Counted from the first letter of the whole stretch, positions 1 to 12,229 are shown. The stretch is 58,970 nt of DNA, filler included, from Sphacelaria rigidula (GCA_964200075.2; 10 parts of 10 records of this genome joined end to end with filler, not necessarily neighbours in it), one strand, 5' to 3'. Numbers and translations: made by a program. The notes: generated by a model from the letters alone, not told the origin.

Positions 1-1018
1 AGATTTTAATCCTCCGGGTTTTCATCCTCAATCAATAGCACCATCCTCAACATCGATGATTGGCTGTTTTCGGCCACGGGTCTGGACAAAATGGCTGACG
101 TGAAGAAAACACGTGCTCATGTATACTCACGACTGACCGTCTGCAGCGGTACTGTACTGTACTGTACCGTACCGTACTAATCGGTCATACTTTTGATCGT
201 GCGGGCAAATGCTTCCTGATTTGCAACCGTCAGATTCAAACGAAAAATCCTGCTGCTGAGTGTGCGGTACTGTTATGTATCCCAGGGTACTGGATTATAC
301 TGGGATCTTTCTCCGGGTCGATAGTGATGAAAATACGTCGAGGAAGCCCTTTTCTTCGCGTTTCGTTTCCAGTACGCGCAATGGGCCAATGACTTCGCCA
401 TCCACAGCCCGCCTGTGCGTCAGCACCGCAACACTGAGGCGATTTCGCTGCCCACGAATCTGGCGTTCGGCCACGGGTCTGAACAAAAGGGCTGATATGA
501 AGGTGATAGGTGCTTGTGTACGGCTGTTGTAGCGGTACTTTACTGTACATTACTAGTCAATCGACCGTACGGGCACATGCTTCAGATTGCGTCAGTACAC
601 CCCCGTCTAGGGTGCGACTGCCAACACACGGGTGCCGCGTCCAGAGAAAATTACATTTGCTTTTCGTTGCACATTCCTAATTCGCTGACCGTTACAAGGG
701 TGGTATCACGTCTCAAATCATGTACGGCCTGAGTAGTGTTTTCAAACTGCGGTGGCTTTATGGTCGCGGCAAAAAACCTGGTGCGTATGCATGGCACTTC
801 GTGCGTGTGTACGACATACTAAGCAGAACAACATGGGCGGAGCCGCACTAGCGAATGCAGGGAGCCTGCCAAGGTGCGGTGTACTGTACCATCACAGTAA
901 CTATCTTTGTTTTGGTTCTGAAACAAGTCGGTGGACTGACTTCCCATAGTGGTACGGTCGTACCTGCACAATGATCGGCCTGTTGCCAACAGCATCGATC
1001 ACAAGATCCGAAAAGACG

Positions 1019-1319
1019 GTCAACCATTAGTTTCATAATCATATGGTTGAACAATTTCGGTGATGTCTGTTTTCGGGACCTTGTTATTTGTGTCAACCAT
1101 TTTTTCCGACCATCTGGTAAACAGCCGAGCCCTCGCTCATCATATTGTTGAACAATTATGTGGACGTCTGTTGTCGGCACCTCATTATTTGTGTCGACCA
1201 TTTTCTCCGACCATCGGGTGAAGGACCCCTCCCTCATCGTATTGTTGAACAATTATGCCGACGTCTGTTGTCGACACCTCATTATTCGTGTCAACCATTT
1301 CTTCCGACCATCTGGTGAA
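1019..1319. repeat. ~99-bp tandem repeat, about 3 copies
   Basis: TGTC(A/G)ACCATTT..CCGACCATC.GGT recurs at ~1091, ~1192 and ~1289, each with TTGTTGAACAATT..GACGTCTGTTGTCG nearby. A shorter unit starts at ~1019. Confidence 0.9.
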
Positions 1320-1417
1320 CCCTTAGACCGAGAGGTTAGTCTTCTGTTGAATCGGCATCAATTTTAAGTGAAAAAAAGTATGCATGACCCAGGAAGACTA
1401 ATCTCGCGGTCTAAGGT
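1320..1417. mobile_element. ~100-bp piggyBac-like MITE
   Basis: Inverted ends CCCTTAGACCGAGAGGTTAGTCTT / AAGACTAATCTCGCGGTCTAAGGT, flanked by TGAA and TTAA. Homologous to 20848-20947 and partly to 50455-50525. Confidence 0.7.
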
Positions 1418-3009
1418 TTAACAGCCCTCTTTACTGAACTGTCTCATTGGTGAATACTCGTATTGCTGCGTATTTTTAAAAAGTTCGGTGGGGCACGTTG
1501 CCCTCCCGTGAAGTTATCGCTTCGGAACTCGTCAGGGTTAGGACAACTCAAGATTCATACGAGTTGACTCCCGATGAACGTTCGAGGACAAGTCGTGGAC
1601 GTTCGGGTCATCCGTAAAGTCACGGGGGTATGAAGCTGGATACTAAAGGTCATGCACGAGTAACGAGTTGGACATATTTCTTCGACTGCGTTGTGTCACA
1701 CGACCGAGAATTGGAAAGCATGTACGGGTCATGGTTCATGTATGCGTGATGAGTAATTGAAAACACATACTCCTCCTACACCCCGCATGAAGCAAAGGGT
1801 GAGTTACATGTATCCATTCCGTGGCGTTTATCGAAGGGTGTCATATTCATCCCTACCTTCATCTCACACGCACCGAAGGAGGACAATCTACATGACTCTT
1901 GTCATCGAATCTGTTATCTCGCACGAATCAAAGAGTAAATATTGTCTACCCAGGAGTCATCCGGCATAAGGTCAATAGTGATAGTAACATACTCACGATG
2001 GAAAGCACGCATAGTCATGCGCCCACGACTCCCGCGGTGCGGATAGTCCATCTGGATTACTCATAGATGAGTCATGAATCACGGGTGGGGAGCGAGAACA
2101 AGTCGCCGCCAACGGCGGGCCCGGGCGATTCGTTTCATGTGAAGAGCCGAGAAGTCACTACGCGCATGGTGCATGTTCCAAAAACAAAAACACACCTCAA
2201 GCCGCACAACCGGGAGGACGATACTAGTTCGTGTGCCCCCCCCCCCCCCCCCCCCCCATCCCTTCCCCCGCGATCTTTGAATGTTTCATGATATCGTCCA
2301 CGCCGAGGTATCCCAGGGTACTCTGGAAGTTATAATATTTCCCTCAAAACCTTGAGCTGTGGTTCATAATTTCGACCACCGTGAGACGGTACCCCCGGTA
2401 CATCTGTTTCTTCATCGAGGCGAATCCGATTACCGTTGCTACGCGACGTGATGCGATCTCCATTCAAGTGAAAACGACCTCCCACCATTCACAGTGAACG
2501 AAAAGGCAGTAGAGTGGCGTATATTTATGTATACACTTACCGGTGAATATCAATGAAATATCCGAAAAATCGAGTCACTGAACTGTCGACGAATCGCCCA
2601 TCGTAATCCAGAGTTCACGCAAGTAATCATCCACATCACCTTCCATCTCACCCCAGTCCATTTATCAACAGCTTCACACCTTCTCCAGAGCAAAAAGGAA
2701 CTCTTCCCTATTCACGGTGATGGTAATATAGTATTAGTAGTGCAGAAACCTTCAGATTTGGGTGCGGGATTTGGGAAAAGGCTTCCCCCGCTGCCTCTTG
2801 CCTCAACATACGCACGAATATGATCAACTATCATTGGCGTGGCAGCTGCAAACCCCTCCTCACTGAACACCACTCCCGAGCCGTCGACGGAATTGCCCTC
2901 CAACAGCTGCAACCCAAGAACGAGGGATATTGAGGCAGCTCCAACTGCGTCAATCTCGCTTACGAACAGCAAACAAATGGACATCCCGCTCATCCCGGTG
3001 GCTATCTAA

Positions 3010-4331
3010 CTATCCGTCAGCCCCGTGACCGTCTCCTTCCTCGTATCCCCTCTGCTCGGCGATGAAGTCGTCGACATCGCTTTCATCATCCCCCTCTTCG
3101 GGCCCCTCGGAGAGCTTGCTGGCGCTCTCGGAGGGGTTGCTCAGCCGCTCAGGCACGGCGGCCAACTCTTGAGCGTCCGACAGCATCGGCACCTCTTGGG
3201 GGATGCTGTCGTAGCTGCCGTTGAGAAACAGGACCATTTCGTTCTGTGCGGCATCCAAGCGGTTGCGGCACCCGGTGATCAGGCGACCGGCGGTGCTGAA
3301 GACGCGCTCCAAGATGGCCGCGGATGCCGGGATTGACAGCAGCACTCGGGCTGCGCGTGCCATAAGCGGGTAGAGACGTGAGCCCTCCAGGGTCTCCTCC
3401 CGTTCAGCAAGCACGAAGCGGTCAAATTCTTCCGCGCACAGCTGTCGTTGTGTCTTCGGTGCCGATCCCACTGCTCTGCCCCTGACGATGTTCCCGAACA
3501 TGCCGCTTTGAAATAAGCGCGCGGCCCCCTTTGATGCTGCCTTCGACGGGGTGGTGGAGCGGCCCTGGCCCCCGCTGGGGCGCTTTTTCTTCTTGGGCCG
3601 AGCATCGTTCGCGTTGGCACCCCTGGCCTTAGGGCTTCCCACGGTAGTGGGCTCAGAGCTTGATTCGCACTCTTCCGCCATCTTCGTCATAAGCTCAACG
3701 ATCTTATTCCCAACAACTGCCCGTATGCGAACAACCATGTCGTCGCTCTTACAGATGGAAGGAAGGTCAGCTCGGCGAGGAATGGATTCATGCAGGTTGC
3801 CATCTCGAAGAGGAAGTCGGGTATGGCACCCGGGGCATCCAAGTCGTAACGCTTGAAGAAGCGCTTGTCGACCGCCGCGGCCAGCAACTTCTTGGTCTTC
3901 TTCGTCACGTTCTGAAGAGCCGTCCCCTCGCACAAGACGGGTTGCGCCGTCTCGGTGCGAACCTCGACGGCCGCAGTCACGTGTCACTTGGGAGTCTGAA
4001 GGCGGAGGGGGGTGCCCTCCTTCAACAGAGACACCCTGATGGCCACGGGGTCGAGGAGCGTCTGGACCCCTGTCGGCACGTTAGTGCTCTGAGTTTTCTT
4101 CATCAGAATCGCAATGGGCTTCACCAAGGAATATAGCTCCTCGATGCTCGCCTTTGAGGCGGACAGGGGGAAGGCCACTGACTCATTCTCCGAGTAGTGG
4201 CCCTCCAGTGCTGACCAGTTCGAGAGCACTGTTTGGAGCACGCCGCACGTTGATATCTACCGCTGAGGCACCGCATTGACCAGCTTGTTGCTCTTGCCGT
4301 AAAGAATTGCCTGAACGTCTTCGAATTTGAC
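3010..4331 (-). pseudogene. hAT-family DNA transposase, C-terminal part, decayed
   Basis: hAT dimerization motif YPLMARAARVLLSIPASAAILERVFSTAGRLIT..RNRL. Upstream NAVPQR*IST matches the hAT xRW motif with W mutated to a stop. In-frame TGA at 3984-3986, frameshift near 3750, and a CAG acceptor before 4331. Confidence 0.9.
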
Positions 4332-5387
4332 CTGTTTGTTTTTGAGGTGAGGCGAGGGGGTGGCAGCGAGGGGGGGGGGGGGGGGCAGGCACTTGTGCGT
4401 CTATCATGCTCCGCATTTTTTACCGGAATAAAGCATTCTTGTTTATCCTGACCAACCAAGTGCCAACAGCGGGCTGTGTCGGCAAAAATAAGAGGAGTGT
4501 CGCGAATGATGAAACGCAATCGTCCATGTGTACAGCATGGGCATGTACTTCCTCTGTGTCAGAAGTCAGTGCAGTAATGTTTATATGAGCCCTCAACGAA
4601 GTCCGATTTGATTTTCAATTTTTTGGCTGCATTCGTTGGCGTTTTTTGAGCTAAAAACAACACTCAATCTGCAAGATGGGTGCTTGGCCCATGCAGGCTC
4701 GCGACCGAGAAAACGTGAGCCGGTCAAAAATTGGGCATTTTTAGCTTTTTTTCCCAGTGAAGCACAGCAGACCCGGAAATCGCGAAAAGTCGTGAAAAAA
4801 TGTGAAAACCGCAAAACCACCACTGATTTGGATGTGTCCGTCACGTTAACATACGCACGCCCCATCTGACAATTTTTCAGCATGTGATTGCTAGTGCTCG
4901 ACGTAAAAACGTCCAAAACCGGTCAACGTTGGGGTATAAGTGGACCAAAAAGGGCCAAAATAGGGTATATTTTGACCTAAAATTAGTACTGAAAACAAGT
5001 CTTTTTTCCCTCTTCTTTTTCTTGAGTCAGCTTTGTCTGCGCGTTATCTCTCCAACGGACCCAAGTACGGGATGATCGTCAGCGTTGAAGTACCCAAACA
5101 ATCAAGCAGAGGAACCTTACCGCCAGCAATTCGTTTTGTCGAGATATCAATATCGACGAAACAAGGACATATTTCCACTCTTGCCAAATTCAAACCTTTT
5201 GGAGCGATCGCCGCCGACAATGTTATTAGCAGCTCAACAATTTCAAGGGGCGGATAGATAATACTTCGTCTGAAAATTACTTGGTTGTAGTATGAGTCGA
5301 CTCGTGACGAATCAATCCCTAGACTTTATTTCAGCCTTGCAATCCAGATACACGCAGCCCAGACACGTGGAAGGGCGCAAAAGCTGC

Positions 5388-5498
5388 GCGGATACCCCTT
5401 GGACCAGCGATCAACTTTTTTCTTCCTCTAGGAAAATCAGGCCGAAGAAATCGTAAAATTTGGTGATTTTTGAGTCGTGATGATTTGTCCTAACCGCG
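5388..5498. repeat. Dispersed repeat, probable transposon terminus (5'-CACGGTTAGGAC on the minus strand)
   Basis: Also present at 11816-11876 (+) and 23421-23529 (-). Homology stops at the same base in all three copies. Confidence 0.85.
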
Positions 5499-5808
5499 AA
5501 CAATTACATGACGAACACAATGGCATCTGCAAAAAATGCCAGCAAAATGCCGGCTGCCAAAGGCCAGATCTTATACAAATACAAGCTCCCACTCTTGAGC
5601 AAATCCGCACACAACCAACAACGTGCCCACCTTCGAGTTGGGAGACTTGTTCAGGTGCTCGACCACCTTTTTCACGGCGTCGATGACCTCCCGGGCTTCG
5701 TTGTTCTTGCAGGATGCCCTGGAAGCATTCGTTTCAAAAGTCTGTCAAGGGAAACAGAGGTTGGATATTCAGTTATTATGGCCTTACTCATCGAAGACAC
5801 GTGCACAT

Positions 5809-5908
5809 NNNNNNNNNNNNNNNNNNNNNNNNNNNNNNNNNNNNNNNNNNNNTTAATTAATTAANNNNNNNNNNNNNNNNNNNNNNNNNNNNNNNNNNNN
5901 NNNNNNNN
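5809..5908. other. Artificial contig linker N44-TTAATTAATTAA-N44 (first of nine)
   Basis: Identical 100-bp linkers start at 5809, 11716, 17623, 23530, 29437, 35344, 41251, 47158 and 53065 (period 5907). The core gives stops in all six frames. Confidence 0.99.
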
Positions 5909-6889
5909 GGGCCCCACAAAGAAAAAAAAATTTTCCCAAACACCAAAAATAAAGGAAAGGTCCCCCCCCCCCCCCCCCCCCATCACACACACTTGTACAT
6001 TCATAAGTGATTGTACGCTAGCGTGGGTTTGATGGATGTTGATGTTTCGTCTCCAACGTGAGGTTGACAAAGGGCTGAGTGTGCTTTCCAGTGAGAAATG
6101 TTCCACGTGTATTCAATTCAATCCTTCACATCTTACTTCGTCCTAAATTGTGGTGAATTGCGTTTTGCTCGTGTTTGGTATATATGCAAATATAGAGATG
6201 CATATAGAAAGGTTCCGCGTGTACGTCTCTGTCCTTGTTTGTGCGGCAGCTACAGACGCAGGAGCAAGCAGCAGGGAGCAACCCGGCGGGGGGGCAGCGG
6301 CATTCTGGTGACTTCAGGGTAGCAGGAGGCGTTGCTACCGTGGGAGGGGTTGCGCCGGACACATCCCCGTCTATGCTTCGCTCGATGACGATGTAGAACT
6401 CGTGTCATCCCTGGCGCCCGTGCTTTCTCGCCTCTTTTTGAAAGCGTCAAATCGGGGAGAAAAAAAAATCGAAAGTCAAGGAGCTTGTGGTGTGTTTTTG
6501 TTGAACTGAATGTATACTTGCCTGTATTCTTATGGCTCATGATTTGGCCACGTGTAATGGTGTGTTGATCTCTTGAAGAAAGTGGAACACAGGCGAAGGC
6601 GCGCCAGTTTTGTATCCGTATATAAATATACTCTCCTTTTTCATTTGTTCCGTGTTTGTTTTTTTTTCAGTACTTCGTATTGCTTACTGTACTGTGCCCT
6701 CTGCATAGTTGTATGTAGTCTGTTTGCTTTTTGTACGCATCTGATGCTCTGTACAAGGTCTTTAGCAGAAACGGTCGGGATGTGTACCGTACCATTCAGT
6801 TATTTTCCAAAGGTGTACTCATGATATTGCATGCCATAGTTATGCGACCATTTGACCTCGCATCCCTACGAAGATTGGGTATATTCCAT

Positions 6890-6950
6890 GGGGGGGAGGG
6901 GGGGGGGGCTACTCATTTGTCAATTGCCTTAGTCGTTTGACCATTGACCA
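6890..6950 (-). mobile_element. LINE 3'-end fragment (family A)
   Basis: TACTCATTTG..TGCCTTAGTC.TTTGACCATTGACCA matches the 3' end of the LINE at 37929 and the copy at 29369-29436. Confidence 0.85.
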
Positions 6951-9084
6951 TAAGGGGGCGGGGAACATTCCGGGGTTTTTGAATAACTTGGGTCAAAGGA
7001 TGTGTTGATTATCAATGCGCGATGACTTCTGTCGTTGGTGATTTGGGGGTTAGAGGCAGGTCATTGTGTACTAATTTCTAATTTCAGTTTCGCTGGGTAG
7101 ACCGCGACAGGGAATCTTGTTTGAACTTTCGAAGCCTGAAGAATTTTGCAGGGCTGTGTCCCGTAAGGTATACCCGCAAGTGTGGGAATTGTGGTTCACA
7201 TCCTGAACCAGACCGAAACGTGTATCGAATATCCTGGTATGATCGGGCAGTGTATTAACCTTTGGTCTGAACCGTAGCGAATGGTTCGGGAGGGTATATT
7301 AACCGGTCAAATACCTCTTTCACGCTTCTGTAAATACCCGAATGTCACCCCGAATACCGCCAAGAGCTCGGAATTTTGTTTTTTTAATATTATCTTGAAA
7401 AATCCCAGTACGACCGGCTGTGGAATGCAGATCAAGAAAGCAAGGAGGTGCTCAGCAATATGCAGTTTTTGTTTTATGTAGTCGGAAAAAACTGCGTGCA
7501 TATCATCTATCTCTTGTGTCGACGTTGGCGTTCGAGGACCATGAATCGCACCCATCCTTGGACCATTCGGCCGGCGCCGTTTTCGCCATCCGTTGGTTGA
7601 TGGATTCACATCGGGCACACTTACTTAAAAGGCATGAGGAGCGTCGATCTGAAGGTGTTTCCGATCCGTAGGTACCTGAAATATGAGCATGGGCAAAGTA
7701 TGAAACAAAGTTTTCTTCGCACACGATGTGACTCCTCCTGAAGATGTAGTACAGTTTTGATCCTCTGTGACCGCTGCCTGGGTTGAGTCATCTGTCGAAT
7801 AGGCATCAGTGTTGGTTGAATAATATTATCGAAATACCCAAATGAACCCCCCCCTCTCCCCCCCACTCTTGCGGTTAAAGGGTTCATCTTGGCTGTGTTG
7901 GCGCGTGCGCGCTTTTTCCCGCTTCGTGATCGTTATCGAGCGCCCTGGGGTTCCCATCTTGCTCTTCGTAGCGTTTTTTTGCGGGAGGGGGAATGGGTGT
8001 CTTGTGCCCGGTGTGGTACCTGTTGAGCAAAAAATGTAGGTATGCACTTGGATGGATTTTTACCGATTTCTTTGTTGCAAAAAGGCACTTTTTTACTTCG
8101 TTGTTGAAAGGTGCGTCGGGATCACAATCTTGATTTATGTGAAGTTGAACCATCCGTAAGGGGGTTCCCCGTGGGGTTGGACGAGTGTGTTGTACTGAAA
8201 TCAGAGAAAATTATTAGTATTGAGTGTATGTATAGTAAGAACGGGAGTGTGTCACATTCCATTTGCACTTCGCTGAGGCGAAACGAGTGAACTCGATAGG
8301 GGAGGGGGGAGAGATCCCGTGTTCTGGCGAGGAGCAAATAATTGATACGCAAAATCTGCCCCATGATTATGTTACATGCGCCTCGGAGGACGCTGGAGAG
8401 TAACGCCACCCGCGTGGGTGTATATTATGTTTGTAGTGTAGTAGTAGTTCTTTGTTCTTTGTTTTTTGTTTTTTTGTGTGGCATGCAAGTGTTGTACAAT
8501 GACCCATGTGCCGATCGCGCAGTGGGTTGCAGGGTGCAGCGCCTAGATCTCAGGGTAAAATTTGGACGGCGGAGCATGTACGGTTGCAAGGTAATGGTGG
8601 CCCTTGTGGCAGGTAGGTGCGACTTCTTGTGTTAACGGGATTTTCGGAGGCAATATGATGGTTATGGGGATATGTGGAGGCACGAGGAGTTGATCGTTGG
8701 GTCGGGAGTTTTTTTCAGGTTAGAGTCTTTGTCGTGTGAGGTTTGACGTGGGGTATTAATTCAGCGCACTCATGGTGATAAACCAGCTGCCGCGGGAAAA
8801 GAGCGAGAGCAGGGGCGAGGTGGGACAGCTGGAGGTTTGTAGTTTGTCGTGCTTGGGCTTTCGACAAAGAGTCGATCGGATGACAGCGCAAACAACAAGG
8901 TTTTCGTGATATTGAGAGGAGAGCGCTGATTTAGAGTGGCGTTAATCGTTCGCTCTAGCTTGGCCAATCGTTCATCCCGTATGTGCTTTTTTTTGCCTTT
9001 TATCATTCGCGTGTATTGACAGCAACACGTCGATATCCTACTCAAGAATGCCAAGGGCCTCAGTGGCAAGCTACTACAAGAAGC

Positions 9085-9116
<32 letters not shown>

Positions 9117-9140
9117 CGGGCTTCGTGGAGAACTTCGGAA

Positions 9141-10445
9141 GTGGAACGATTAATTATCCAATTGAACGCTTTTCACTCTCAGTCGTATCCTCTACTCAAT
9201 CTCACGAAAACGTTGTCAAATGTAGTGTGTCGTGGTCGGGCTTTCTCGAAGAGTCCGTCGGATAATTGTGCAAACCTCGAGGCGACGAGGAAACGTAACA
9301 TGATGGGAACACACAATTTTCATACAGTATATTGTTGACGCAGATGCACTGAATCTTGCGCCTGAACGTATCCCTCGAGCGTTTCGTTTGGATCTCGTTT
9401 GGGTCCATCTCTCTGTCTGCTCATCCCCGGCGCAATTTCGGCAGAATCTACCACGTTCTCTCTGTGCGGCCGGTGATATCTTCTCATCACTAATGGTGAC
9501 ATTTCCGAGGGTGCCCACAGTTGACAGGTGATTATAGTTTTTGAGGTTGAACACTTGAATGGGGTTCAATCGACATATCTTTTTTGCAGGAATGGCGCGA
9601 AACAGTGACACCAAGGGAAACCATCTTCCCCCCCCCCTACAATCTGCAGCAGTTCAGCAGTTGTGGCTAGGTGCACTGAACGGATGCGGTGTACAAGCGT
9701 GTCGATGACTACACCGTCAGAGGAGTGACGGCAAAGAGGAAGTTCCTCGCCCGTACCCTTTGCGTGTCCTCGCCCGACGACTCCCAATCGCTCGAGAGAC
9801 TGGCATCATGCATGTTACCAGCATGTACCCCATTACCCATGTGCCGGTAGGTAGGTTATTGCTGCACAGCTCGCCAAATAATATCGAGGTGTCGAGGTGT
9901 CGTCTCTTCATGTCTGTGGAGCTTACCAATGCAAAGATCGGTTCCTCTCTGCCTCTCGTTTTGAACAGGACGCGCCTCTGTGCGCTGTAGTACACGTCGT
10001 TGGAAAACAGGGCGATGTTCCCGTCATCGCTACTGCTCTCTGCCATACACATGCCAGCAAGGACATTGCTGCGGCAATGAGAGATCCAGCCGCAACTGAG
10101 GAGATGTTATTCGTCGCTGATTTTACCCGACATGTGTACTCGTACCTGTGTGAGAGCGAAGACAAGAGAGTGAGTGCCACAGACCAGTTCTGGGGATGTA
10201 TGAGAGATCAAAGACTTGTGGAGACCTCCTTGTCATGCGAAGTGAAAAATGATACCTATGGTAGGGACCCAACTATTTCTGGCGTGGCGCATGGGGGTGC
10301 CTCTACGGTGCAATCTCGAGCACACACCAATCACCCGCTGCGTGTGTCGCGTTGGCTTTCGACGATTCCCAAGTGAGGAGATCATTCATTACAAGCTGGG
10401 GCGAGGTATGATCCCATGAGAAACAAGGATGCTCTATGATCAACT
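9141..10445 (+). pseudogene. Unassigned multicopy coding family, copy 1 (stops and frameshifts)
   Basis: DNA homology to 10930-11715 (-) and ~54220-55220 (+). Shared peptides include LCVSSxxDSQSLERLASC, CKDRFL, KQGDVPV, DFTRHV and GCMRDQ. Confidence 0.7.
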
Positions 10446-10929
10446 GCGGCTTCCCTGTCCTCCCGCCAGGTATACAAGGAGGTCGGCATAGATTTTGCAA
10501 TCGCATGTAACACTCGCGGGGAAACAAATAAGTTTTCCTCTGTGAAATTCCGCGTTTTCCAACCTGCAAATTGTTTGATGCCCGTTGCTTTCTAATAAGA
10601 ACGTCAAACCGTCAACTTCTGTACCGTTCTGTACTGATTGCGGTTCCCAATGACAGCAAGTTTGGTACCGCTGTTTTACAGTATCTTCGAACGTGTGGAC
10701 GGACCCAAAGTGGCCACTTTCCCTCCGACCATGTTTATGTAGTTGAAAAAATCGAACTGTTTTGCTTTTACAGAGATTGCGAAATTTGGTACATGTTGCT
10801 ACGCCGGGCGACCTCTACGCAGACGGCAGCCAGTCCAGTAGAGCGACGAAAGCTAGCTATGATCGGGTGTGCCTGCCGTACTGCCGCCAGCGTTGCTTGA
10901 AAGCCACAAGCCCTTTGAGGTTGGCGGTT

Positions 10930-11715
10930 GATGGCGTGGGTGTCAAATGCAACGACAAGTGGTTGATCATAGAGCACCCTTGTTCTTCGTGGCTTCATGT
11001 GTCGCCCCAGGAGGTAACGCGTGACCTCGTCAGATCGGAATCCATTCTTGAAAGCTTCTGTACCGAGGTGCTCACGCAGCCAGCGCGTGCTCTAGGTTGC
11101 AGCATGGACGCACCCCTCTGCACCACACTCGCAACGGTTAGATCACTACCATAGGTATATTTTTTCACTCCGCATGTCAAGAAGGTCTCCACAAGTGTTT
11201 GATGTCTCATACACCCCCCCCCGCCAACTTGGGTCTCGCACGCTGTTGTCGTTGGGCACCCAGAGGGTCGCTCACATACATGTCGGGTAAAATCAACGAT
11301 AAATAGCACCCCCCCAAGTTCAAATTGGATATATCTGTTGTTTTCGCGGCAGCACCGCCCTTGCTGGCATGTGTGTGACAGAGAATAGTAGTAGCGGTGA
11401 CGGGAACATTGCCCTATTTTTCAACGATGTTTTTCAGCGCACACAGGCGCGTCCTGTCTTAAGGGAGAGGCGGCGAGAAATCGATCTTCGCATTCGTGAG
11501 ATCGACCGGCTATTGTAAGCCAGGAGAAAATCTCTCCGCAGCTCGATGTTTCGGCACATGGAAAATTGGGCACATGCTGGTAACATCTATGAAGCCAGTA
11601 TCTCGAGCGAGAAGTAATCGCCGAGCGAGGACACACAAAGAACACGGGCGAGGAGCTTCCTCTCTGTCGTTACTTCTCTCTCTGGTGATATCGTCATCGA
11701 CACGCGTGTACACAG
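10930..11715 (-). pseudogene. Unassigned multicopy coding family, copy 2 (cut by contig end)
   Basis: Inverted homolog of ~9685-10445. Peptides ECEDRFLAASPLRQDAP, LFIVDFTRHV and GCMRHQTLVETFLTCGVKKYTYGSD. Confidence 0.75.
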
Positions 11716-11815
11716 NNNNNNNNNNNNNNNNNNNNNNNNNNNNNNNNNNNNNNNNNNNNTTAATTAATTAANNNNNNNNNNNNNNNNNNNNNNNNNNNNN
11801 NNNNNNNNNNNNNNN

Positions 11816-11876
11816 ATCAGGCCGAAGAGAATGTGAATTTGGTGATTTTGAGTCGTGATGATTTGTCCTAACCGTG
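11816..11876. repeat. CACGG-ended dispersed repeat, copy 2
   Basis: ATCAGGCCGAAG..GGTGATTTTGAGTCGTGATGATTTGTCCTAACCGTG matches ~5436-5498. Confidence 0.85.
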
Positions 11877-12229
11877 AAAAAATCATCTATAGATTTTCGA
11901 CCAAAGCTGAAAAATGTCATGTTTCACCCCAGCTTCTGCACTCGGGTTTTGGCAAACTTTTGCCCTACGCCACCCTAAAACTTACGTTTTGACACAAATA
12001 TTCTCCGGAAGTTGCCTGGTTCCAACTGCACGTATGTTTGGGTAATACTTAGTGTTCCCCCCTTTCAGGACTACGGTGGCGGTATACTAATTTCTGACCT
12101 CAAAAGCCCGGGTCACATTTGAATGGTCACGCTCCGCGGCGTGAAATATGCTGAGGTAAGAGGGGCGAACGTCCTTGGAAAAGAGTTGTCCACATCGGCA
12201 CGGAAAGCTGGCAATACAGACGACGCCTA

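Noticed and set aside
7884..8153. Penelope-like RT C-terminus suggested by YLHF
   Set aside because: No other Penelope RT or GIY-YIG motifs are nearby.
10950..11010. GPS (GPCR proteolysis site) motif in W..*SHEEQGCSMINHLS
   Set aside because: The GC-to-HL spacing is too short, the CxC is missing, and the motif is not kept in copy 3.
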